DNA of 63,999 bases, filler included, from Sphacelaria rigidula (taxonomy: Eukaryota), in NCBI GenBank assembly GCA_964200075.2. It is 5 parts of 5 records of this genome, joined end to end, with 100 filler letters (N's around TTAATTAATTAA, not from the genome) between each part and the next. Parts side by side here need not be neighbours in the genome. Positions count along the whole stretch, not along the records: positions 38,544 to 51,288 come from CAXNAA020003451.1; positions 51,389 to 63,999 come from CAXNAA020003570.1; 3 more parts are not named here. One strand, 5' to 3'. Each line of letters starts with the position of its first letter. Position 1 is the first letter of the stretch. A program made the position numbers and the translations under genes. Positions 39,772-52,762 of this stretch are shown in pieces. The notes beneath the pieces are model-generated. The model saw only the letters and a list, made by a program, of their open reading frames with translations. It was not told where the DNA came from and searched no databases.

Positions 39772-42700
39772 TATATATAGTAACTAACACAGGTTTGACG
39801 ATGTGTTGGCGAAATAATCGAAAACATGTCTTCGAGCGACCTGCCCAATCACGGCGAGGCGAAATATATCGACCAGACCCGAACGACCAGCGCGGGGATC
39901 GTTGTCGAGTGTCATGCCACTGCAAAGATCGTGTGGGGGCCCTATCCCTGGTCCAGATAAGCCTCTCCAGGTTTCCAAGTGCAGGGTGCTCGCGGCCTGG
40001 TTTTATGGTATTACTTGCACTCAGTATACCGTTCCCGAGTTTTTCCAGAGTGTTTTATGGGTTCCAATTCTATACTGAAACGTCGTAACTTACACTTATA
40101 CAGGGTGGGCCGGGAAAACCGGGAAGGAGTGTACATGCCAACATGTGGTCATTTTCACGAGGCACAAAATCCAGGTGGACTGTGGAAAGACAAAGTGGGC
40201 TACCGTCATGAATTCTGCGTACCCCTCTGCGGATGACTTGCAGTGTACAGTCCACATGTATGTTGTGGATGGGGATGACAAAGCTGTACATAGGCAGCTG
40301 ATTTCGGTAGCTTAGAATTGCCCAGACCGTGCAAGGGAGTATGCAGCGGCAGCTGCTGCTTCAGTTGGAGAAGCGTACTGGACTGGACTGTACTACACTG
40401 TTGTATGCATGCGCGCCGCAACGCTAATACCGTTCGAATAGAAGTCGCCGCATTGCAACAAGGGGGGGAATGGCGGCCCACCCCGACCACAAAGGGCTGT
40501 GTGGCAAGGTGATGGGGACAAAAGATCATCCAAAGCTACATGTGGCGGGCGGCCCGCCGGTCCCCGCATCTTGTTGGAAGCTCTTTACCACGACCCATAC
40601 TGCTTGTTACATTGGATGTAAACCACCTGATGCGCACCCTGCACCTGAAAATAGATTAGAACTTTCGGTCTTTGTCATAACCCTGCGGTTACATTCGTGG
40701 ATTTTCAGCAACATGCCACTGTTTCGTGTAGACGCCAGACACGTCATTCCTGACCAGCCTCATTAGTCGTTCTGGAAGCCCGGTCCCAAAAGGGTTAATT
40801 AATTTATTTATTTAAGATTGTTAGAGGATGGATGATTGGATGGTTAGTTGGGATTGAATTTTATCATTTAGACAAGGACCGGGGACGGGGCTGCTGCAGG
40901 TGGCTGCGCTTCCGGATGCTGCAGCGATGTCTCGGAAGCGGCAGCGCGAGCGGCAGCTGGAGGTGGATGATGCAGCAGTCGCAGAACCAGCAGCGCTTCG
41001 ACCCTCTACCGTAGACATGATCCCGCTGGACTGTCATAATGGTGGTATCCTAGCAGCAGTACGCGACTGCGCAGCAGTGCAGTACAGTAGCTTGACGTTG
41101 AAGATGGTCTGCTGTCTGCTTATCGCTGTGTGAGTTTAAAGAAAAGAGGCCCGTACGAGAAATAACCCCAAGCCCCTTCTCTATAGAAGTTGGTGTTTGT
41201 TTCTGCTTGCCTTATTCCCGCTTTCGTGATACCGAGGCTTGCCTCGCCCAGACGAGGCATCTCAGGCGCGATAACCCTCTCTCAGGCGACCCCTTTCTCA
41301 AGAGGGGCTCTTGGGCAAAAAGTAAGGCATGCCCTATAAGTCAGGGCCTATTGTACAGCACAATGCAGTGGTAGACCTGTATAGAGGCGGCACGAAACCA
41401 CGGGGGACAACCAATAAGGGGGGTATTTTCGGTCTCTCCCAGCATTTTCGCCAATTAGGTAGGTTCTGCTCCTGTCCGTTATAACGCGCCTCACTGCAGA
41501 CCCCCGCTAACAACAAAGCGGTCGTTTCACGGATCCTGGCTAACCGTCAGGCAGTTTTATTTTCATTTTCTTCGCCGCTATCCCGCACCTCGCTTTCCGA
41601 CAGTACGGTGCAGTGCCTTAGAGTTTACCGAATCCCGCAGTGAGGCGGTGCTCGCCTCAATCCGGGTCAAGATGGGACCACGCATAAGGCTACGAATAAT
41701 GCTTTTGGCTTGTCACTGTACCGCCTTAACACAGGCTCACCACTGTACTGATGAATCCAGAAACCACCCATCTTGCACTGCATACATCAACTGTAGGGGG
41801 GAAAAGACCGACCAAGATGGCATTCTAGCTGACATCAGCTCGGATTTTGCGATTATCTTTTCAGATGCCATTTTTTTACGATGGGGCGCCCATGACTGTA
41901 TTTCGTTGAGATCCCCACAAGGGGTCCCAGAGGTGTTCTACACACATGTAGGTGCTGGGTAGGTTTTTTCCCGAGATGGGAGAGAACAAACACCACGTGC
42001 AACTTCTCACTCGACGATACAGCGAGAAGGACTGCAACGGTTACTCGACAACAAAGGGCCGCTCGCTGTCTTCCAGCTGTCATATCAATCCGCTCCAAAC
42101 GTCTTCGCTCGCACGCACAGATATATACAAGACACATACCCCAGAAGATGTCGATGCGCCATGTTCATACTCCCCCCCCCCCCCCTTAGCTAGATCTATG
42201 TATCGTTTGTTCTGTTTTGTGTTTTGAAAAAATCGCAACCCTACACAGCCGCACCACAGCCCCAGGCACCAGTACAGCAGCACATCAGTTCTCGTCAACA
42301 ACAGAAGCAACAACAGCGTAGTCACTGCAGGGAGGCAGGCGGTTGAGCAATAAAATGAAAAATAGTTTCATGTGCAACTGAAGACGTTTTACGTTTGGTA
42401 TGCGTATGCGTTCCGTTGATTTTTGGGAAATGCGTGACGGCTGCATACACGTACTCCATGCATTTAGTGCCATTTCTTGTACTGTAGTGTGCTGCACTGT
42501 GTGCTTTCGCTCTGTTGTAGCGGTGGGCTTTGTAAGCGAATGATGGCCGTAGCTGTCTCAGTCGAGCAATCAAGATTGTAGAACCCATAAAGCTTTGATG
42601 ATGACACGCATACGACCGTAAGGTGATAGTTCCCTAAGACATTCGCCACAAGCCCCAGAGATGTCCTACTTACGGGTCTGTGCTGGGTCGATATTTCGTT

Positions 42701-42940
42701 CGCGTGTTCCTGGCCCCGCAAGAGCTGCAAAGCGCAAGATCTCGAGGGAAGAAAAACGTGCGCCTGTGATTCCCATTTGTAGAGGTGCGTCTAGTTTTTT
42801 GCTCGTATCGTCATTTTTCGTGGGGTGTACAATACAGATGAAGCGCGCATTCCATAGAAAAAAGCGCGCGTGGCAGACGATCCCCTCAACCTCCCTGCGT
42901 TACAGAAGTGCGAATGCCTGTAGAACCTGTGCTTCGCGGC

Positions 42941-43236
42941 GCCCCGGTGGTGTAATGGCCTGACTATCGTAATGTGGTTGAGACATCGAGGATTTGATTC
43001 CCGATGTGTTGTTTTTTTTCTGCGCAATGTCTGATTTCCACCGAGAAAGGCGTGAGAACATGAGTGAACGAAGTAGTCGACTGAATTATTTGACGTGAGT
43101 TGACGCGGTGCGGGAGTGCTGACCCAATACGCGAGACCATAATGAAAGGCGACTACCGCGGGAGATATGCGTTAATCCCTTGAGACCACGGTCTCATCCC
43201 GAGGAAGGAGAGGATTTCAAAGTGCGACAAAAAAAG
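42941..43236 (+). mobile_element. tRNA-headed SINE-like element
   Basis: A-box-like TGGTGTAATGG and B-box-like GGATTTGATTCCC within a T-arm-like stem, then a T-run, a conserved ~200-bp body and an A-rich end. Homologs at 18325-18620, 8337-8470, 10715-10822 and 11660-11750. Confidence 0.6.
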
Positions 43237-45541
43237 TGGTTGGGAGATACAGAGCAGCATTGCCTCGCTCTTGACTCTAGATTACGAGACCTCCACAAAA
43301 TGTGAAGTGCCGGTCAGTACAATTGGCCTGCGGATGCCGGATACCAATGAGCAAATGGCCTGTCCCACACCCTTTCACGTTGTCTTTGCGCAACCTGCCC
43401 GAAAAATTCAAATGAACCTGACACAATACGAGAAATTGAGTGATGCGCTTACAAGTACCCTTACACATCTGCCTCGCGATAACCACGAGACGCCTACAGA
43501 CAGTACAGATAAGTAATCTCGTTTGTGCACGCACACACTAGTTACCTGTTGCCCCTGTGCTAGAATCTCGCGTTGTAACAGCAACCCTACCGCTCCTTCT
43601 GCACCTTTTGAGATTGACGAGGTATGTAGGCGTGTAGTGCGAGACTCGGGTTCGTCCTTCCCTTGATTGCCTGCTGAGATGTTTTGGCATGTCGTTTTGC
43701 TGTGGCATGGTTGAAAAGTTTTTCTGCCGCGGTTCATTGGCGGGTGTCTATCAAACCCGTCAGACTCCGTGATGGCAGTTATCGCGGAGTGCATCGAGGA
43801 ATCGTGCGCGGTTCGTTTGGCTGTGTACGCCACAACCTACTGAACTGCACTGCGTTTGCGATTTTGGCTAACGAACAAAGAGAGTCAATTACAAAGGTGA
43901 ATGTATCGAGAATACTTCATTCTGGCGACGTGTGCAGTTTCAAGGATACTTCCCAAAATCTGGACCGGCATTATGACATTATATCTCTAGGCTGTTGCCT
44001 GTTCCCTGGCACCACCCGAGTGCTCCCCAGCCTTGGGAAACGCGCTCAAACATTTGCCTACATGGTTCTGCGTCAAACGCAACTATTGTAAATTAAACGC
44101 AAATAGTTACGCGAAAGTCGGTAATGGCACACATAACGAATGTAAGGGTATCCCGCAGTGGTCGTGGGGCGCGTTTTGGGGTACAGTATTGACCACCCCG
44201 TACTCGCGGGTCATTAGTAGAGTGAGCAGGACCGTAAGCTGTGCGGAATATTCACGATCATTCCGTACATACGTCTGTAGAGTAAGAAACAGGATCACAC
44301 CCCATCACGGATCTGTGCGATCGTGCTCCGTCAACCGTACCCGATCAACCGGACTCAGTGGTATCAGAACTCGCACTGCAGATGGCACACGCAGTGCACA
44401 CACAGCAGGCTGAAGGCACGGGTGATTACGCGATACTCTTGTTTATTTGTAATACCTTGCTGTACGGTGTGTTATTCGCTGTTCTGTACTGTACTGCCCA
44501 TTACTGTACCGTTCATTGCACCACAGCACATGTACGGTAGATTCAGTATCCAGCAGCGCAGCACGGTACAGATCATCAGGAAATGCAGAAAACCGTCAAG
44601 TTGGCCCACCAGGTGCCCCATCTTCACGTTCGTGCCTCGACCCCGCAGCAACGTGACCGTTTCATCACACTAGTTGTCTCATGTAGCTAAGGCCTTGAAC
44701 AACTGTGCCGCATACGTTGTTTGCCTTGCCACCCGATATTTTCGCGGAGACTTCGGCGCTGAGTGTCCTGGACTTATTCTCAGGACATCCGTGCATATCT
44801 ATGGTGTAGCGAGGGGTCCTCCTGACGATATCCGCGATAGTCCTTCTCCAGCGTTTTTCCGACCTCAAAAGGAGGGAATGCTCCTATACCCTCATCTATA
44901 CAAACTTGGAAGTTTCCCCGATGCCTCGAGGTAGTCACTGTGGGAAAAAATATTCCCATCTTCTTCGTATAGAGGCCCTCCCATGGTTCACCTAAGGGTT
45001 CTGGTGCCAAAAGGGTTACACCCAAACATGGCGGCGGGGGAGGGGGTAGTCTAAATCCAAGTAACTTGGCTGCCAGACGTGGCCAAACTTATGAACAGAA
45101 AGTGTACCAGGTACGTGTTGCAAGTATGCTCCTGGACTGGAGCAAGGACTTTGATAAACTACTACGGATTGACCGCGAGTCAGAAATACGCAACTGGTGT
45201 GATGATTAAAAATCACCGGTGAGGTGGCTGAATGTTGGAGCTACCTGAGGACCGTGCTGCATCCTGTAGGGGAGGATGTAGCAGCCACTACAACGCACTG
45301 CAAACAGTGCGGGGAATCACAGTACAGATGTGTGCATCACTTGTTTCCCACTTCTAGGCGGAACAATCCTCACGGTATATCATGCCTGCCTACAAAACTA
45401 TTACGGTATGTACGTTAGTCAATTCTACCCTCCCCACGCATGCCCAACACGCCATTACCCTTTCCATTCCTGCTGCTGCCCACTGCCTACAACCCTATTT
45501 CTATCGACCAGTGGCTGTTACCCTACGCCACGGCAACGCAG

Positions 45542-46424
45542 CTTGGTGACTCTTACTGCAAAGCCCGATTATGCGTCCAGTGATGGAGGAAGGCGCCGCC
45601 GCCCGAAAACAGCACGTATCGCACGAAACGCAGCCCCTAGGCGGGCGAAGGATGCGGTGGAGGCGACCAAAGCGGGCGACATTAATCGCATCGAAGACAC
45701 GAGCAGCAGTGGTCGGTCCGTGGGCGAGGAAAAGCGAGCATCGCGTTCGACGAAATCAATACCATCATCGCCGTCACTTGCTGGCTCGAGTCCCACCAGG
45801 ACTCCAGAAGATATGCACGTTTTGGTGCCTGTTAACGACGTCATTTCTGTACCGCTCGCGGCTCTGTCAGAAGCCGCGGCGGACACCGTTAGCGGAGCAG
45901 GAGTGAATAGTAGCATCGATGTGCGAGTAGCAATGGATCGCTTTTGCAGGACTCTTGAGTCGGTGTGCAGGACTGACTTCTCCGCCAGGGTTGACAGGGC
46001 CGACGCGGCGCCGTTGCTCGGGAGTCGGTGGGACCGCGGTGCTGGTATAAGTGGTTCGCCCGATACATCGCGGAAGTCAGTCAACGACGATAAGGTGGTC
46101 GCCGGGGCCGACGGAACGGCGACGCAGCTGCAAGCCGTTGCAGACGAAAGCGCCCGGGGCCGCGTCGGGAAACGGAGGATGGCTCCATGGAAACAGCGAA
46201 ACCAGCAAGGTAAAGAGATCAACACTGGGGGTTCAAGTGGAGCGGATGGCGAGAAGCAAAAGGGAAGGTGGCCCCGGCGCAACGGCAGCCGGCGGGCTCG
46301 AAATGCAGAGGAACGGGTGCGGGACGCGGAGGAGAGATGTTTGCCACTTTTGCATTTGGTCGAGGACTTGGCACGGGACGCCATGTTCAGCCCCATTAGC
46401 GAACGGGATGTGATGATGTCACAG
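45542..46424 (+). CDS. Large exon of DUF3754/TMEM143-like protein (5' boundary uncertain)
   Basis: Long open frame within the 403-aa ORF 45330-46541, ending ...LVEDLARDAMFSPISERDVMMSQ|gtgaga. It splices in frame to the 46950 exon. Confidence 0.7.
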
Positions 46425-46949
46425 GTGAGAGGGGCACGTGATGAACATTTTTTTCATGCCGCGTATGCGTTTTCATTGTGTTTTGTTTTTTTGCCGGGGC
46501 TGTATTATTTTGTTTCGCCGTTCAAAGCCAGCGCCCCATAGTATAGGACTTATCTTCTGGGGTCACACTGCACCACTGCAACACTACCGTTTGGCGGTGT
46601 GCGCTGGAGTGCATCGCGTTTGGAGTGCATCGCGTTTGCCAAGCACTTTCTGCTGCACGCTTGGCCTGCTCCAGTGCTTTCGGCTTCGTCGACTCGCATA
46701 TTGGTCGCCAAGACCGAAATAGTTGTCATCATTTTTGCGTTTAAACAGACCCGGTGTAACTCAAGTGTTTTGTACAGTGCTTTGCCGCGAATTCACGCTG
46801 TTATTTTGCGGTCACGGTGCTCTCCACCTGAAGTCGCCCAAGCCCTCCGTGACCAACTGTCACGAAATCCTATATTTGCCAACACATTACTGCGTACAAA
46901 GTGCCCGTGGGGGGATTGAAGCCGATGAAACACACATGAAATAATACAG

Positions 46950-47168
46950 GCGTTATCGGCGGAGTTTCCGACTTCCGCTCGCGTTCGGCCTGTGTTCGGC
47001 CACATGGCAAGCGTGTTCGATTGGCTGCACGAACGGCCCGAGTCTACGGCAGGGCCGGCCCAGCAGTCTATCGTTCCCTTCGAAGGCAAGCTGCTGATGT
47101 TCAAGAGGGGGAACGGCGTAGAGGAGACGAAGGGCAGGCTGGTGCTGAAGAAGCTTGACTTTATACAG
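46950..47168 (+). CDS. Exon of DUF3754/TMEM143-like protein
   Basis: cag|ALSAEFPTSARVRPVFGHMASVFDWL...FEGKLLMFKRGNGVEETKGRLVLKKLDFIQ|gt. It resembles the ILIFRRGVG.....G.....KLD motif of DUF3754 proteins. Confidence 0.8.
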
Positions 47169-47529
47169 GTGTGCGCTTTTGTGCCTTCGTGTGTTTCGTG
47201 AGCCGGTGGGGCATGGATTAGCAAATGGACGGAGGGGGGGGGGTGATATCAGAGAACATGGACGGCGGTGGTTGTTATGAGTTCAAGAGTCGGAGTAAAG
47301 GATTACAAGGGTAGACTGGATATGCGACGGTGTGCTGGTGTAATGCAATTTTTTATTCGAAGGACGAAAGTGGTTGCTGCTACGATATCGTGTAAAGTGT
47401 TGTAGACCGATGTTGGATGGTGACCGTATTTGTAGTCATCATTCCAGTTGATTTTTGCGTCGGTATCTTGACCATTGCCGCCCCGACTCCGTCTCTCTCG
47501 ATCGCGTTCACATGCACGGCGTGACACAG

Positions 47530-47621
47530 AGCAACGCGGTCGGATGGCTTTCTCAGTCAGTGACGGACACCATCAAGTGCTGGCAAGAACAGAGCCTGGA
47601 GTTTGTCAACTCTCGCTCCAG
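47530..47621 (+). CDS. Exon of DUF3754/TMEM143-like protein
   Basis: cag|SNAVGWLSQSVTDTIKCWQEQSLEFVNSRS(R)|gtgcgt; phase 0 in, phase 2 out, consistent with neighbouring exons. Confidence 0.65.
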
Positions 47622-48120
47622 GTGCGTGCTTCTCGGCCGAGGGTCCCACGAGACGATGGGGGGGATGGGAGCCCTCGGAGAGCATGGGGAGGGGGGAGGA
47701 ACGGGGGCTAATATTGACGGCATTGATATCGTCATGGACCAGCAATAATGCACCTTGCTACTCCTTGCAGGCGTATACCGGACGCATCAGGGTACAAACC
47801 TGTGCAATCATAGCGCCACACAGCAGAACTTGTCGGGAACATTTTGCAACATTTGGGCGTTAGATGTCTCTTACCGTGTACCTTTGGCTCTCGACCCTGA
47901 ACGGTCCAAACAAACGCTGACTTGCCGAGCCTTTCTGAACAGTTTTTCTGCAGCACGTCCGAGGCAGCTTCTCGTCAAACTTTCATACGTGAGTAAAACA
48001 GCCCGTCATGCGTTTCTCCCCCACCCCCACGCCTTCGTCGCGCACTCCCGTCTTGTGTTTGCTCAACATGACAAAAAAATGCGATCGCTGTCACGCGCTC
48101 TGCATCCGGTCGTACTCCAG

Positions 48121-48285
48121 AGATATTTCAAGACGAAAGGATGCCGCGCTGCGCGGTTTCGTAGAGAGGGCAGTGGACTTCGGGCTGGAGAGAGACACCC
48201 TCGCTCGGTTTCTCCCCGCGGCCAACGCGACCGAGCTGGCAGCGAAGCAGATGCTTGACGACGCAACAAGGCCAAACGCACGCCG
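48121..48285 (+). CDS. Exon of DUF3754/TMEM143-like protein
   Basis: cag|..DISRRKDAALRGFVERAVDFGLERDTLARFLPAANATELAAKQMLDDATRPNAR..|gttagt; phase 2 in and out. Confidence 0.65.
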
Positions 48286-50686
48286 GTTAGTTTCATGCTT
48301 CAAAGACGCATTGGTTTTCTCCCGTAAAATAAACTTTCCTCGTACACTGTGTACCTTTTTTGGTTGTGGAGACCCCTCAGGCATTTGTAGATATAGGGGG
48401 GGAATGCACATAGCGGCCGTAATTTCGGCAGGTGATGCGCCCCGGCCTAGTAAAGGTACAAGGATAAAGCCGTCCGGTCTTATTGGTATAGTTGTCGTTA
48501 TTTGGTTCTTGAGTTTGGCTCTTTTTCTGTTTGACTTCGCGTGTCGAGTGGGAGCGTTGGGATCTGTCTCCATGAGGCCGAATGCTCGCCTGCGGCACCG
48601 GACCTTATGAGACTAGTTTTTTTTTTAATTTGTAGAGTAGGTGACCCGATATGGGCAAGGCCATTTGGGTACAAGGCCGTCCAGATTCCTTTATCACACC
48701 TGTCTGAATGTAAGGCCGATTTTCCTGTCTTACATCCGAAATTGGCCTTCTTCCCTAGGCTGCGAACCCCCCTCAGATGCACTGAGATGGACTATGCCAC
48801 ATTTGGGGTTCAGAACAGGTCATTCCTCGCTACACAAAACGTCTCTTTCCATGAACGCGTGGAGTTTGGGCATCTATGAAGAAACCAGTCCAAGAGAGCC
48901 CCAGGCCGGTTTTCACCCTCCAGTCAGTTACGGGCAGAGTCAGTACGTGTGCTGTATGTCTTCGCTGGATACAACGACAAGAAACAGTCAACGTGTCATC
49001 GCTGTCCACGGAACACAGTCGAGAGCATGCTACTGATGTATCTGCTTTGTGTTCCACAACAACACGGCACACTGTGAAGCCACGCTGGCAACACAAGAGG
49101 GGTCAGGCAGGCGTCAAAGACCACGAGCAGGGTAAAAAGCACGTTACTTGTGTACATGCTATCTATGACTGAGTTGTCATGACCAAAAGGATACGGCTAG
49201 ACAGCGAGGTAGTCCATCTGTAGTCCATCTGTAGGGGAAAAATTGACCGTTTCGATCGCCGTGATTGGTCAAAATGATCATTTCGCTTCTCTCAGGCCTC
49301 ATTCCTAGCTTAAAAGAACCCGATATACGGTCGGTATGACCTAATAGGGGGAGCTGGGTGACACAATACGACGCTTTATTTTGATATAAGGCCGCTCCGA
49401 CAGGGATCAAACCGGCCTTATATCGAGTCACCTAATGCATCGCTCAAGTGCTAATACTTCTCGGTTCCATTTTTTTAATTTAATGTGTTTACACCTTGTC
49501 TTAGGTAGCTTGGCTGTGATGACGTAAGGCATCCGCATCAAATGCCCAGCACTCGAGTATGAAGCACTGTGCAGATATTGGGACGTTCCTTTGATGTGAA
49601 GACAACGACAACGATGCTTATATCTCAATGGCACGCCGTGCCTCCGCCTTGATGAACAAAAATATTCATGTTATTCAGGACGCTGCTCTATGGCAGTCGT
49701 TTGGCGCTACACTATCAACAACAGTAGAGATATCCAAATGTGCCCTCTTCAACCGTATGAAGAATCGAACAGGGTCAGTCGAACAGGCTTCACCTTTGGA
49801 CGGCAAACACGATAATCTGTGGTGGACATACCTTCAACTGGACACCCATACCATGCTCAATAATAATGCACCGAACCCTGTGAAAGCAGAGCTACGGTTA
49901 GCCTTCGGCGGTATGGCACTCGGGACGTGAAAATTGAGCTGGAAGCCTTTTGCGAGGACGGCGCGTGGCCACCAGGTGACAATTCCTGGTTTTGGGACAC
50001 CCGCAAGCTTACGGCGCGGCATCAGCTCAGCAGCGAAAAAAAACGAGAGGCGGCTGTGAAGTATCGCGAGGGCGAGATTACGGGCAGCAAAGGGTGAGAA
50101 ATGCATCGTATCACGGGGGGGCTTGAGTTGTCGGAAAGGGAATTGCTGAATTTTTTAAGTTTCTCTCAATCAGTTCTCTGCTGTTTGGCATGGTGTGTGG
50201 AGGGAGAGCCGCGTGAGGGATTCCGATGGTGTCATGTCTTGCTTCACCTTTGAGAAGAGCTGCCTTTTCACAGCGACGGCGTTTTAAAGGTGAAGGCGGT
50301 CGGTGCCCGCGTGTCCCGCATGCAGGCGTGCAAGCCTTCTCCGTGTCTTGCTGACAAAACGAGTGGAAATGCTCGGGAGTTCGACGCTGTCCCAGTTGTT
50401 CATCGAGCCGGCATTGTTGCACATCACCATTTTTTTTTGTGGATTGCAAAAATGGTTACCACAACTCTCCGATCATTTTGCTTTTCAGCCGGGTTTCGAT
50501 GGTGTCGTGTTTTGCATGACTCGGAGGGTATGATTCAATCAGTGGTGAGGTCGATTCCGTAGGAGTACTTTTTCACTGTGGTCAGGGTTTTGTATCTTTG
50601 CTGATGAGTTTATGAAGTGATGCTGGTTCTCGGACCTCTTGGGTATCATGGTTGCTGACATTACCATGTTGCACCTTTCCCAACAG

Positions 50687-50894
50687 GGTGCGTTCCTCGG
50701 TGCTACCCCGGATCACGCTAGGTGCGGTGTTGAGTCGCTCGACGCAGACGCTGGGGCAAGCTGAAGCTCAAGTTGAAGCGACGGAAAATGGGGGAAAGTG
50801 GAAGAAGACGCCAAAACGCAAGTCTCAATCGCCTCCGTCGGCGTTATCGCGCTTGCTGTCTAAGTGCGCCATAAAGGAGCCCACTTACCAGGAG
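50687..50894 (+). CDS. Exon of DUF3754/TMEM143-like protein; gene continues past the scaffold end
   Basis: cag|..VRSSVLPRITLGAVLSRS...LSRLLSKCAIKEPTYQE|gtgcgt. EPTY/F is the conserved (I/L)QEPTF motif that precedes the DUF3754 core. Confidence 0.75.
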
Positions 50895-51288
50895 GTGCGT
50901 ATTTGAAATGTCTTTTTTGTCGCTCACATATTTCGTTGATTATCATGTTCAATCTGTATACAGAAAAGAGCTGATCGCCGCCCCTAACCCCGCCAGCACT
51001 TTGTTATCCAAGTCTTGCGTGTATTTCCAACCCATACTTCCATAGTAAGCTCAACGTTCCATTTACGGGATCATTCGTGGGGACCCCCCTCCCCCCCGCT
51101 CCCCTCGCGCGCGCCGTCGCTCTTTGTGTAGTGGAGCAATTTTTAGTCCTGGATAGACATGCCACCGCACGTGAAACGAATTCCCTCTACATGGCAACCC
51201 CTGTCTCCTTCCCCCTCCCCGCCTCGTCCTGTCCCCCCCCCCCCCCCCCCCCCCCCCCCGTCCGCCGCCGCTTCCGCTCGCGCGTTCG

Positions 51289-51388
51289 NNNNNNNNNNNN
51301 NNNNNNNNNNNNNNNNNNNNNNNNNNNNNNNNTTAATTAATTAANNNNNNNNNNNNNNNNNNNNNNNNNNNNNNNNNNNNNNNNNNNN
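51289..51388. other. Artificial scaffold spacer
   Basis: N44-TTAATTAATTAA-N44. Confidence 0.97.
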
Positions 51389-51510
51389 AAAAGAAACAAA
51401 CAGAAAAAACACCTGTGTTGACCTTCCTCCCGTGTGACCCCGGCTGGTGCGCCCACATATACCGGAAGGTGTAGACCGGGATCCAAAACAGATGGGACGA
51501 CAACACACAA
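51389..51510 (+). repeat. Retroposon 3'-end-like repeat (TGTGACCCCGGCTG...AGATGGGA + CAACAC tail)
   Basis: The same sequence occurs on the minus strand at 2911-3010 and 63922-63999. Confidence 0.65.
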
Positions 51511-51678
51511 TATTGGATACTACCAATAAAAATCGGTGAAATTGTTGCTGCTGGGGTTCAAGCTCCGTATTGCGCTCTACCAGGTACACCATCAGGGCGC
51601 AGCAGCGGCAACACCTAAATCGACGTATTCAATTCATGGACACTTTGTTCTGTTTTATAGTTGGAATATTCCCCTGAC

Positions 51679-51798
51679 CTTGACCGTGGCTGCATAGGGT
51701 GAAAACCCTTCGCAAGCGAAAGCAGTCGAGGCACCGCAGAGCCCCCGAGAATTCAAATCGTTCACGTAGAAGGTGTCGTCCTTGAAGTACTGCCTTAT
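51679..51798 (-). CDS. S8 subtilisin exon, C-terminal part of the catalytic domain; gene continues past the scaffold end
   Basis: cag|IRQYFKDDTFYVNDLNSRGLCGASTAFACEGFSPYAATVK|gtcagg; matches the IRQYF...PSAALxK pattern of KP-43/Tag-like subtilases. Confidence 0.88.
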
Positions 51799-52045
51799 CT
51801 GTTTGTGGGGGTTTGGATTCACGCGTGGGACGAAAGGGGGGTGGGGCGTTTTTAAACGAAGCGGCTCACAAGCTTCGCGCTCATGCATTGCCACAGCATT
51901 TCGGCTACCGTAGACTGTATTCGCATGACGCTGATCGCACTACTGAGAAAGGGCGACACACAGCATATCGAGTGCTCCGCTGTGCTCGTCAGCAAGACGT
52001 GACCTTCACAAGAGAGAACGAGCACGTCAAAGTGACAAATGTTAC

Positions 52046-52150
52046 CATTGCTGCAGCTCCGGCCACGATGGGGCAGGACATGGACGTGCCCTGGGTAGCA
52101 TACAGTTGGCAGGAGTGGTCGTCGGTTCCATCGCTTCCAGCCGATAGCAC
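52046..52150 (-). CDS. S8 subtilisin exon with catalytic Ser
   Basis: tag|VLSAGSDGTDDHSCQLYATQGTSMSCPIVAGAAAM|gtaaca; contains the GTSMS motif. It is below the ORF-track length cutoff. Confidence 0.92.
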
Positions 52151-52468
52151 CTATATGGGCGAAGTGGAGGGCACACACAAGGAAATGTACAGGGGTGAGG
52201 TGACCCCCTACGTTATAGACGGATACAGCGCAGACGGTGCCCGATAGCTCGGTAGAGAAAGTATTTGCCTTGCCCCTGCGTGCCGCGAGTTCAGCAGACT
52301 TAGGTAGATACTCAACATTTGATGAAACTGCCGAAACGAACTCCACAACTCGACATGTGGGAAACGCCGAAACACGCACTTGCACAGCAACAGTGCTCTT
52401 ATTGATGGGTGAAAAACATAGTATGCGTCGTCTTGCCACGGAGAAAGTGGGGAGGGTGAGCAACTTAC

Positions 52469-52762
52469 TTGATCTCCAGGGGCCACGACGTCAGGCTTGA
52501 CGCGGCCGTCTGCGGTGCCACCGTAGGAACTGAAAGCAGCTACGGTGTCGATGTCAGCGAACTCTAAGGTGCTGCCAAATCCATAAAAGAATCTGTTCGC
52601 ATCTGTCCTGGTGAGACGCGTTATACCCGAAGAGGATGCTCCGACCGTCAAAACGTTTTTGGAGAGTCCCTGGCTGCCAATGGTGCATATTCCGGCGCGT
52701 TCGCTTTCGTATATTAGGTCACCGTCGTTACCAGCTGCAAATAAGAGTAGATGCTCGGGGTT
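52469..52762 (-). CDS. S8 subtilisin exon with oxyanion-hole Asn
   Basis: cag|NPEHLLLFAAGNDG...SKNVLTVGAS...AFSSYGGTADGRVKPDVVAPGDQ|gtaagt. Confidence 0.92.

Noticed and set aside
41740..41770. CTGATGA...GAAA hammerhead-like core
   Set aside because: No stem II or flanking stems can form.
42941..43010. Functional tRNA gene
   Set aside because: The acceptor and anticodon stems do not pair convincingly, and it is attached to a dispersed repeat body.
43270..45300. Possible very old retroelement remnant
   Set aside because: Only vague RNase H-like wording; no motif is clear enough to support a call.
45569..46396. 275-aa minus-strand ORF
   Set aside because: Antisense shadow of the GC-rich DUF3754 exon.
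48570..48625. Helitron 3' end (CTAG before a T-run)
   Set aside because: The hairpin is weak, and the homologous copy at ~1760 does not end in CTRR.
51813..52247. 144-aa plus-strand ORF
   Set aside because: Overlaps the antisense of the subtilisin GTSMS exon and has no recognisable motif.
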